The notes beneath the pieces were generated by a model. That model was not told the DNA's origin and ran no database searches. It worked only from the letters and a program-made list of their open reading frames with translations. The translations under genes and the position numbers were made by a program. DNA of 64,000 bases, from positions 2,894 through 66,893 of the forward strand of contig PWGX01000003.1 of assembly GCA_003554615.1 (NCBI GenBank), in the 5' to 3' direction. Shown here in pieces: positions 8,498 through 16,184 of this stretch; within the stretch, counting starts at the first letter, position 1; each line of letters opens with the position of its first letter. This DNA comes from Syntrophomonadaceae bacterium (lineage in GTDB: Bacteria; Bacillota; Dethiobacteria; DTU022).

Positions 8498-8591
8498 TTA
8501 TATCCTGCAAAATAAAAATATGCTATGCTTGGGTAAATGCAGTCGTTTTCTTAGTATCCTGCACTATACTGATTTTAAAAGAGGAGAACCG

Positions 8592-9353
8592 GTGAAACCC
8601 GATATTTGCAATTTTTTCCCCATCCCCGATCTGTTCAAAACCGAGCATCTGCTCTGCATCCAACCCCATCCCGATGATCTTGAAATCGGAGCCGGCGCCA
8701 CGGTCGCCCGGTTGTACCGGGCCGGGGTCAATATAACCTGGCTCACAGTAACTAACGGCTCGGCCGGGACTTATGATCCATCTGTAAACTGCACTGATCT
8801 AGCCCGGACCAGGCGGTATGAAACCGAAAAAGCAGCGGCTATCCTGGGAGCAAATGATCTGCTCTGGCTTAATTTCCCCGATGGAGGCAATCTGCCTTAC
8901 GAAAAAGCCAGATCCAGTATTGCCGGGGCGATTAGAAAAACCAAACCAACTGCAGTACTGGTCTGTGATCCCTGGCTCCCATATGAAGCCCATTCAGATC
9001 ATATCCGCACCGGCCTGGCTGCAGCTGAAGCAGCTTTTCTCTCCGCCATACCCTATTTTTGCCCTGAAAACCTGGAAGAAGGGTTAACCACTCACAAAGT
9101 AGAAACGGTGGCTTTTTATTATACTGCTTACCCCAATACCCTCATTGACGCCTCCGCCTGCTGGGATAGCAAACTGGCCGCAATTGATTGTCACGTGAGC
9201 CAGTTCCCGCCCGAAAAGGGAAAACTGCTAAAAAGGTACCTGACCGAGAAAGCCAGGGAACAGGCTGAAAGTTACAATTTTGAGCTGGCCGAAGCCTTGA
9301 AAGTGCTTTCCCCCAACCATCTCCATATTTTTGAACCAGCCTGGCAGTGCTGA
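8592..9353 (+). CDS. PIG-L/LmbE-family deacetylase
   Basis: The motif LCIQPHPDDLEIGAGATV matches (A)HPDD(E/L)xxG, and a later HSDH motif is present. The GTG at 8592 has GAGGAG 5 nt upstream. The ORF-track start at 8520 is probably too long. Confidence 0.75.
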   Translation: MKPDICNFFPIPDLFKTEHLLCIQPHPDDLEIGAGATVARLYRAGVNITWLTVTNGSAGTYDPSVNCTDLARTRRYETEKAAAILGANDLLWLNFPDGGNLPYEKARSSIAGAIRKTKPTAVLVCDPWLPYEAHSDHIRTGLAAAEAAFLSAIPYFCPENLEEGLTTHKVETVAFYYTAYPNTLIDASACWDSKLAAIDCHVSQFPPEKGKLLKRYLTEKAREQAESYNFELAEALKVLSPNHLHIFEPAWQC

Positions 9354-9553
9354 CTTACACCGGCTTGTCAAACAAGTAGTTATCCTTTTTTAACTGCCAG
9401 AACCTGCTTTTAACCATTTTAGAAGATGGAAAGCATGTTTAATTGCACCCGCCTCCAACCCTGTGGCTACCAGTGCCCTTGCCTTGCAGAAAACCTGTCT
9501 TCTTAAAAATCAAGCTAACAATTGATGAATGAATATTTATTTCTTTAAAATTC

Positions 9554-9582
9554 ATTACAATAACGAATTATTATGTTATAAT
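9554..9582 (+). promoter_or_regulatory. extended -10 promoter
   Basis: ATTACA-N17-TATAAT, with TG one base upstream of the -10 (TGTTATAAT at 9574-9582). It lies inside the 5' part of listed ORF 9529..9945, which argues that the ATG at 9529 is not used. Confidence 0.5.
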
Positions 9583-9606
9583 GATGTTCAAAGCAAAAAT
9601 GAAGGA

Positions 9607-9945
9607 GTGATAACCATTAAGATTGAACTTGAAAAAAGCCAGGTTGTGTTGTCTCCTGAAAATGATGAAGAGAAATCCAAGCTTACCGCTCTCTGGAAAA
9701 TTCTTGTAGATTGTGTTGGCGACAGCAGGAAGCTGGTGCCTGTAGGAGAGTATGTGCCCCAGAAAAAGGACCAGGGAGCTTCATTCCACATTGAAGGCCT
9801 CGACCCCCAGGATAACTCCTTTGCAGAGGTTAGGGCGGAGGAAGATGTGCAGGTTTACTGCAGGACCTGCAACAAACTGCTGGGTTTGAAAGCCGGCGAG
9901 GTCATCCCCATTTGCTGTGGTAAAATGATGAGCATTATCGACTAG
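9607..9945 (+). CDS. hypothetical small protein with a C-terminal CxxC...CC zinc-ribbon-like motif
   Basis: The stop at 9945 is followed by a terminator. The C-terminus reads CRTCNKLLGLKAGEVIPICCGK. The start is uncertain. GTG 9607 overlaps the GAAGGAG SD, whereas ATT 9616 is 8 nt downstream of it. Confidence 0.45.
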   Translation: MITIKIELEKSQVVLSPENDEEKSKLTALWKILVDCVGDSRKLVPVGEYVPQKKDQGASFHIEGLDPQDNSFAEVRAEEDVQVYCRTCNKLLGLKAGEVIPICCGKMMSIID

Positions 9946-9972
9946 GAGCATTACCATAAACAGGGAAGAAAT

Positions 9973-10012
9973 AGTGGTGGCCCGCTAATTCGGTAAGGAC
10001 CACCACTTTTTT
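9973..10012 (+). terminator. rho-independent terminator
   Basis: Stem AGTGGTGG / CCACCACT (9973-9980 and 10000-10007), followed by TTTTTT. Confidence 0.7.
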
Positions 10013-10279
10013 ATGCACCCTCTGGGGAAATTGCTCATCTTCTTGGAGCAATGCCATAAAACAGGATATAACTACCCCATCACCCTGTTAATTGACCGAC
10101 CCAGAATCTTCACTATTTTTTCCGCATCATGCTTTTGACGTGTCGATTTCCTGTTTTTTTTTAAAAGCTGATCATATAACCAGCCTTTCGTAATTATAGT
10201 CACATTAACTGCATCAGGCCAGATCAAGCTGCTCGATCCATAATTCCACACTAGTTTCTATTTTACCTTCAAACAGCAC

Positions 10280-10309
10280 TTGACATCCTTTCAAATATGA
10301 CTAGATAAT
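10280..10309 (+). promoter_or_regulatory. sigma-A type promoter for the lipoprotein gene
   Basis: TTGACA (10280-10285) is followed after 16-18 nt by TAGATAAT. Confidence 0.5.
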
Positions 10310-10350
10310 AGAAGCAGTGCAGCAAGGGCTGTTTATTCGAGTATTAATTT

Positions 10351-11325
10351 ATGATGAAAAGGATGTTACCCATGATCGATAAATTTTCACCCAGGTACTT
10401 TTTAATGGTCCTATTAACTTTATTTTTGCTGCTCCCGGCGGCAGGTTGCACCTCTGAAGAAGAGGTCTATGAAATGGAAACGGACGAAGAATTCCAGCAG
10501 GCCGTAGAAAATGCCGTGGAACGTTTTTTGCGGAACGATAACCCCGAAACTATCCTCGATGATCTTTACGAAACCTTTGCCGAGCGCTATTCGGAAGAAG
10601 AAATAGAAGAATATGTTATGGAAAAGGTAAACGAAGAAACGGAACAGGTGAATACAAAACTGGAAGAACTGGAGCAGCGTGTAACCGAAGCCGAAACCAG
10701 GGCTAATGAGTTAAAAGAAAAACTTGAAAACCAGGCCGACGAAAAAACCCTGGAAGATATCAACGAACACTTAAAACCACTATATAACTGGATTGAAAAA
10801 CTGGATACTAAAATTGAAGAAGCCTCCGATCCCGGCCGAATCGTCGAACTAATGGAAGAAAAAATTAACACTTACAACGAACTTTCTTCGATTATTGAAG
10901 ACAAATTGGACTCTGATCGGCTTGAACTAAACCACAACCTGGAAGCTAGGGATCTGCTTAATTATTATCACGATATCGAAAACCTCCTTGAAAAGGAAAA
11001 GGACATCGTGTCGGCTTATGAAAGAGTAAGCGGAGATAATTTTATCAGTGAACAGGTCCTGCACGATGAATTAAGAAAAACCGTTATCCCAAAAACTGAA
11101 ACTCTGCTTGACGATTTAAAAGGGATAACCACCGAAAGCGAAGACGTGGAAAACCTCCATGACACTTTTATGCAAACCTGGGAACTGAAACTGGAAGGCT
11201 ATGAAAAACTGGCCGAAGCCATAAAAAATAACAAGGTTAACCTGAAAGCCGATGCAGAGGAACTAATTGAAGAAGGAGAACGATACAGGGAGCAGTTCCT
11301 GAACAAATTGGAAGAACTGGTTTAA
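10351..11325 (+). CDS. acidic coiled-coil lipoprotein, unknown function
   Basis: Signal peptide with the lipobox LLLPAAG-C. The mature part is very rich in E, K and L with heptad-like periodicity. I recognise no family. Confidence 0.6.
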   Translation: MMKRMLPMIDKFSPRYFLMVLLTLFLLLPAAGCTSEEEVYEMETDEEFQQAVENAVERFLRNDNPETILDDLYETFAERYSEEEIEEYVMEKVNEETEQVNTKLEELEQRVTEAETRANELKEKLENQADEKTLEDINEHLKPLYNWIEKLDTKIEEASDPGRIVELMEEKINTYNELSSIIEDKLDSDRLELNHNLEARDLLNYYHDIENLLEKEKDIVSAYERVSGDNFISEQVLHDELRKTVIPKTETLLDDLKGITTESEDVENLHDTFMQTWELKLEGYEKLAEAIKNNKVNLKADAEELIEEGERYREQFLNKLEELV

Positions 11326-11410
11326 TAAAACCACACTTCTGCAAAGAAATAACTAGAAGGAATAAAACCCTTCGATAAAGAAACATGAATTAACCACTTC
11401 TAAAGAAAGG

Positions 11411-11893
11411 ATGTTTAAAATGGGCTTTGCTCTCTCCAAAATGCAGTTGAAAAGTTCAGCTTTTGAATCACGTGGAAAAATCCCCCGGAAACACACCGGG
11501 GAAGGGGAAGATGTTTCTCCCGCTTTGGAATGGACCAATGTTCCTGAAGGCACAGCTTCATTTGCAGTAATCTGCCACGATCCCGATGCGCCATTGGTTT
11601 CTCCCGGCACCTACGGGTTTGTCCACTGGGTCCTTTATAACATCCCCGGTTCAGTTACCAACCTTCCGGAAGACACACAGGATTATACTACCGGGATTAA
11701 CGATGCCCAAAAGCAGGGTTACATGGGTCCTATGCCTCCCGAGGGGCATGGTGTCCACCATTACTTCTTCTGGGTCCTGGCCCTGGATAAGGAGTTAAAC
11801 CTGGAACCGGGTCTGACCATGTGGCAGCTTTTAGAAAAAATCGAACCCCATGTTATCGGAATGAACCGCCTTGTAGGCAGCTATGAGAGGTAG
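11411..11893 (+). CDS. YbhB/YbcL-family phosphatidylethanolamine-binding (PEBP/Raf-kinase-inhibitor-like) protein
   Basis: IPRKHTGEGEDVSPALEW..VPEGTASFAVICHDPDAP....GHGVHHYFFWVLALD matches the bacterial PEBP signature. The true start may be an internal ATG (11420 or 11441). Confidence 0.75.
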   Translation: MFKMGFALSKMQLKSSAFESRGKIPRKHTGEGEDVSPALEWTNVPEGTASFAVICHDPDAPLVSPGTYGFVHWVLYNIPGSVTNLPEDTQDYTTGINDAQKQGYMGPMPPEGHGVHHYFFWVLALDKELNLEPGLTMWQLLEKIEPHVIGMNRLVGSYER

Positions 11894-12051
11894 CAACTTT
11901 AGATTTTAATCACTAATTCTTAGCCCGTGATCGTAATTAATCGTGCTGCATTTAACCCGATTATCCAATATTCATCTGCCAGTTATACCTCAACCTTAAC
12001 CGGGTAAAAAACTGCATAAAACAATAAAACATTTTTCCTGCACATTTAAAA

Positions 12052-12083
12052 GGGCTGCCTCATCGCCACCTTTGGGGCAGCCC
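12052..12083 (+). terminator. possible terminator hairpin
   Basis: Stem GGGCTGCC / GGCAGCCC with a 16-nt loop, followed by CGTTTCTTTC. The T-tract is weak. Confidence 0.35.
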
Positions 12084-12105
12084 CGTTTCTTTCATAAGTG
12101 AGGCT

Positions 12106-12190
12106 CCGGGTTGTCATTCTAAAGGGTTAATCCTTATTTTACTCTTTTTTCACCTTGCTTCCATGCTTATTAGCGATTTCAATTTAAAAA
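12106..12190 (+). repeat. conserved intergenic element, copy upstream of bamB
   Basis: It shares GTTA(A/G)(T/C)CC..ATTT(T/C)A..TTTT(C/A)ACCTTG-N-TTCCATGCTT...AG(C/G)GATTT with 35201-35290 and 49172-49250, all in the same orientation. Confidence 0.7.
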
Positions 12191-12472
12191 CTGTTCTTGT
12201 AAAGTAAGGTTAAATAGAGAAAATAAGGGGTTATATTATACAATCACCAATATTGACCGCATTTCGCAATTCGTCCGGCCACAGCATTTTTTGTTGCATA
12301 ATTGATTGTTTCAGTGTTCACGGCAAATAAAACAGGCCGGGCAAAACCTTTTATAACCGGGCCAGGCAAAATAACCCGGAAGAACAGTATTTTGACAGCG
12401 CCCGGGCATTAATGCATTGCTCTGTTTTCAAAAAGCACGTTTAGAGCAAAAAATAGCTAAGAGGTGTAAAAA

Positions 12473-14464
12473 ATGAGATATGCTGAAACAGGGTACAACC
12501 TGGAAATTGACCTCTCCAGCGGAAACATTGAAAAAGTGCAAACCGATCCGGCCCTGACAGAACTGCACCTGGGCGGGCTGGGAACCAACGCCAGAATTTT
12601 GTGGGACAGGGTCCCTCCTGAAACAGATCCCCTTGCCCCGGAAAATCTGCTTATCTTTGGCACCGGCCTGCTGGCCGGCACGCCCGCTCCCGGCGCCAAC
12701 CGGACTATTGTCACCACATACTCACCTCAAACCCTGTTAATGGCCTATTCCATGATGGGAGGTTTTTTTGCTCCCGAGCTTAAATACGCCGGTTACGATA
12801 AGGTTATTTTCAGCGGCCGCTCGCCGGAGCTTGTTTATATCTGGATCAATAACGACAAGGTGGAAATAAAAGATGCTTCCCACCTGCAGGGTAAAGGTGT
12901 CGTTGAAACCGAAGAACTGATCAAGCAGGAACTGGAGGACCAGGATGCCCAGGTGGCTTCTATAGGCCTGGCCGGAGAAAACAATGTCTATTATGCTTCC
13001 GTAGAGCATGCCCGCTCCAGCGCCAGCCGGGCGGGAATCGGGGCTGTTATGGGCTCTAAAAACCTAAAAGCGGTGGCCGTTCGCGGCACGAAAGATCTTA
13101 ACATCGCCCGGCCGGAGAAATTTATCGAACTTTGCAATGAGGTCCTGGACTACATCCAGTGGCGGGCTGACAACCCGGTTCAACATGTCCCCCCCATCCT
13201 GGCCGGACTGGGGTCGCCACAGGAAATGGCCATTCACGACGAAGCATGGCACACCACCGCTTTCTCGTGGGGGAATGCCCGCTACCGGAGAAAAGAATTC
13301 TGGACCGAAGAAGTGGAAGATGAATGGTTCAGGGTCCAGGACGGCGCCGTGCAGAGGTTGATCAGCTGTTACAACTGCCCCATGAAGTGTGGGGCCATTA
13401 TTGCCTATCCCACCCTGGAACTTTCAAAGTATATGATGAAGTGTTATTCGAAGCTTACCTACGTGATGGGCGCCATGGCTGATAACCTTGAGTTTGGCTT
13501 CAGGATTGCCGGGCTGGCCCAGGGCTACGGGGTAGACTCCTACACCGCACCGCAGGTAATGGCCTTTGCCATTGAACTATATGAAAACGGCATTTTAACC
13601 GACGAAGACTTACCGGATTTCCCCGCTGATAACGAAGGCCGGTTTTTCTACCTCCTGGAAAAAATTGTCCGAAGGGAAGGAATCGGCGATGTTTTAGCCA
13701 ACGGTGTTTACTGGGCCGCCCGCCAGATCGGCGGAGGAGCGGAAGCTTATGACAGCAATACCATTAAAAAACATGAACAGATCCCTATTAAATTGGGTAT
13801 GCTAAACCCGGTTTTCTTCTTGATGCATTCCACGGGAGAAAAAATCAACATTACCCAGATCGAAGGACAGCTTCCCCAGGCTCCTTTCCCCGAAAAGGAA
13901 GACAGGGAAGAATTTGTCAAAGACTGGTTCCAGGCCCCCAGCGAAAACATCAAGGACTTTTTTGTCAAGTGGGAACCGCGGGGAGAGTACGCTTTCCCTT
14001 ATTTCCCCGACTTCCAAACCGCCTGCGAACTGGTGGAATGGCAGGAAACGATGCACTACATTGACGACACTACCGGTATATGTGCGGGCCTGTCATCTTT
14101 TCCGATCAAACCTCCTTACCACATCCATAACTTGCCCACCCTGATCTCTGCCGGGACCGGGCTGGATATCGACAAAGACGAACTGTGGAATAAAATCATT
14201 AAAAGAAACCGGTGCCTGCTCAGGGCCATTAACACCAGGAGGGGCCTGAGACGAAAAGATGACAGGCCGCCGGAAGACCACTGGAAGAAACGGTTCCCCG
14301 AACATGAAGCCAAACTGCTCGATGAATACTACAAATTTAAAGGCTGGAACAGTGAAGGGATCCCGACCAGGGAAACCTTGAGATCCCTGGATCTCGACCA
14401 TGTCGGGGAAGATTTAGAAAAGCGAGGGATATATGATGATGGGCAAAAAGACGAAGACAGTTAA
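12473..14464 (+). CDS. bamB: class II benzoyl-CoA reductase, tungsten/AOR-family catalytic subunit
   Basis: 663-aa AOR-family protein (N-terminal LGGLGTNARILWD...PENLLIFGTGLLAGT, GSKNLKAVAVRG). It is the first gene of a bamBCDEFGHI-ordered cluster. Confidence 0.85.
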   Translation: MRYAETGYNLEIDLSSGNIEKVQTDPALTELHLGGLGTNARILWDRVPPETDPLAPENLLIFGTGLLAGTPAPGANRTIVTTYSPQTLLMAYSMMGGFFAPELKYAGYDKVIFSGRSPELVYIWINNDKVEIKDASHLQGKGVVETEELIKQELEDQDAQVASIGLAGENNVYYASVEHARSSASRAGIGAVMGSKNLKAVAVRGTKDLNIARPEKFIELCNEVLDYIQWRADNPVQHVPPILAGLGSPQEMAIHDEAWHTTAFSWGNARYRRKEFWTEEVEDEWFRVQDGAVQRLISCYNCPMKCGAIIAYPTLELSKYMMKCYSKLTYVMGAMADNLEFGFRIAGLAQGYGVDSYTAPQVMAFAIELYENGILTDEDLPDFPADNEGRFFYLLEKIVRREGIGDVLANGVYWAARQIGGGAEAYDSNTIKKHEQIPIKLGMLNPVFFLMHSTGEKINITQIEGQLPQAPFPEKEDREEFVKDWFQAPSENIKDFFVKWEPRGEYAFPYFPDFQTACELVEWQETMHYIDDTTGICAGLSSFPIKPPYHIHNLPTLISAGTGLDIDKDELWNKIIKRNRCLLRAINTRRGLRRKDDRPPEDHWKKRFPEHEAKLLDEYYKFKGWNSEGIPTRETLRSLDLDHVGEDLEKRGIYDDGQKDEDS

Positions 14465-14999
14465 AGTGATCAATATCGACCTTGAAAAATGCAACGGCTG
14501 CCGGGCCTGTGAGATGATCTGCTCCGCCTTTCATGCCTCTGAGAAATACAGCTCGAATAACCCGGCCAGGTCCCGGATCAGGATGATCCGCCGGCCGCTG
14601 GAAGATATTTACCTGCCGATATATGCAGGTGAATACACTGCAGCTGAATGCATGGGCAGGGACAAATATGTTATTGACGGCAAGGAATATGACGAGTGCG
14701 ACTTTTGCCGGGCCTCCTGTCCTTCAAGAGAGGCCTTCAAGGAGCCTGATTCCGGCCTGCCCTTGAAATGCGATATGTGTGAAGACGATCCGCCTCAGGA
14801 AGAACCCCTTTGCGTGAAATGGTGTCTTTCCGATGCCCTAACTTATGAAATAAGGGAAGAAGAAGTTGAAGATGAAGAGGAGGAAGAACAGAAAGACCTG
14901 ACCCAGAAAGAAATGGAGCGAAGCATAAAGGCTTTAGCCGATAGATACGGTTTGGACAAAGTGGCCAACAGCATGGCCCGACTGTTAAAGAAAGAGTAA
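14433..14999 (+). CDS. bamC: BamC, poly-[4Fe-4S] ferredoxin subunit
   Basis: 188 aa with CNGCRACEMIC and further Cys clusters. It overlaps the bamB 3' end by 32 nt. Confidence 0.8.
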   Translation: MMMGKKTKTVKVINIDLEKCNGCRACEMICSAFHASEKYSSNNPARSRIRMIRRPLEDIYLPIYAGEYTAAECMGRDKYVIDGKEYDECDFCRASCPSREAFKEPDSGLPLKCDMCEDDPPQEEPLCVKWCLSDALTYEIREEEVEDEEEEEQKDLTQKEMERSIKALADRYGLDKVANSMARLLKKE

Positions 15000-15032
15000 A
15001 GAAACCACGGCGAAAGAAGGGATCATTTTATC

Positions 15033-16184
15033 GTGGATACTGAAACCCCGATCAAGGAAGTTATTGAGGAAATAAGAGAATTTGGCGGTGAAGCCGTTAA
15101 ATATTGTTACCAGTGCGGCAAGTGCGATACTGTCTGCCCCTGGAACAAAGTTATAGATTTTAGCATCCGCAGGCTGATCAGGGAAGCGGCATTCGGAATC
15201 CCTGAAATTGAACTGGAAGAAGTCTGGCGCTGCACCACCTGCGGAAAGTGCCCCCAGGAATGCCCCAGGGATGTTAAGCAGATTGACGACGTTGTAGCCA
15301 TGCGCAGAATTGCCACCGAGTACGGCGTTTCTTCCACCCTTCTAAAACCGGTCCGGTCAGCCAGCGCCAGCCTAACCGCCGAAGGCAACCCTTTTGTCCA
15401 GGACCGCTCCAAACGGGCCGACTGGGCGGAAGGTTACAATGTCAAATCTTTTAACGAGGAAATGGAAATCCTTTACTTTCCCTGCTGCTATGTCAGCTAC
15501 GACCAGCGGCTGATGGAAATTGCCCGGGCTACTGCCGGGATCCTCAACAAGGCCGGGGTGGAATTTGGCATACTGGGCACTGAAGAAAACTGCTGCGGGG
15601 AAAGCATTCGTAAAACAGGCAATGAAGAGGTATTTAAAACCCTGGCCCGGGAAAACATCAAAACCTTTATCGATCACGGGGTAAAACGGATCCTGGTTTC
15701 TTCACCCCACTGCTACCATACTTTTAAAAATGAATACCCCGAGTTTAAAGCTAATTTCGATGTAATTCACATCTCGGAATATATAAACGAGCTTATTAAC
15801 GAAGGCCGCTTGAAAACCAACGGAGACTACTCTAAAAAAGTAGCCTACCACGACCCGTGTTACCTGGGACGGCACAATGGTATTTATGATCCTCCCCGGG
15901 ATATCCTTAAATCGATCCCCGGCCTGGAATTTCATGAACTCCCTGAGTCACATGAAAAGAGCCTTTGCTGCGGCATGGGCGGGGGCAGGATCTGGATTGA
16001 CACCAAGATGTCGGAACGCTTTTCCAACCTCAGGCTGGAGCAGGCGATCGAAACTGGAGCCGAGGTGCTGGCCACTTCCTGCCCTTACTGCGTTGATGCC
16101 CTGGAGGAAAGCAGGTCGGGCCTGAATTATGAAGAAACAATTTTGGTTAAAGATATTACGGAAATCCTGAACGAGTTAATTTGA
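15033..16184 (+). CDS. bamD: BamD, HdrD/GlpC-like Fe-S oxidoreductase with CCG domains
   Basis: 383 aa with 2x CxxCxxCxxxCP ([24 protein letters not shown]) and two CCG-type motifs ([14 protein letters not shown]). Confidence 0.8.
   Translation: MDTETPIKEVIEEIREFGGEAVKYCYQCGKCDTVCPWNKVIDFSIRRLIREAAFGIPEIELEEVWRCTTCGKCPQECPRDVKQIDDVVAMRRIATEYGVSSTLLKPVRSASASLTAEGNPFVQDRSKRADWAEGYNVKSFNEEMEILYFPCCYVSYDQRLMEIARATAGILNKAGVEFGILGTEENCCGESIRKTGNEEVFKTLARENIKTFIDHGVKRILVSSPHCYHTFKNEYPEFKANFDVIHISEYINELINEGRLKTNGDYSKKVAYHDPCYLGRHNGIYDPPRDILKSIPGLEFHELPESHEKSLCCGMGGGRIWIDTKMSERFSNLRLEQAIETGAEVLATSCPYCVDALEESRSGLNYEETILVKDITEILNELI

Noticed and set aside
9529-9606. The ATG at 9529 as the start of the small Zn-ribbon protein.
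   Set aside because: The segment is AT-rich and contains a good extended -10 promoter (9554-9582). The first 26 codons are therefore most likely untranslated.
12280-12300. GGCCACAGCATTTTTTGTTGCA, another candidate -24/-12 promoter.
   Set aside because: The spacing between GG and GC is about 19 nt, far from the sigma-54 consensus.
12403-12420. A sigma-54-like GGCAT...TTGCT sequence (GGGCATTAATGCATTGCT) about 55 nt upstream of bamB.
   Set aside because: The GG-to-GC spacing is 2 nt longer than the strict TGGCAC-N5-TTGC geometry. No sigma-54 activator (AAA+ EBP) gene is present in the window.
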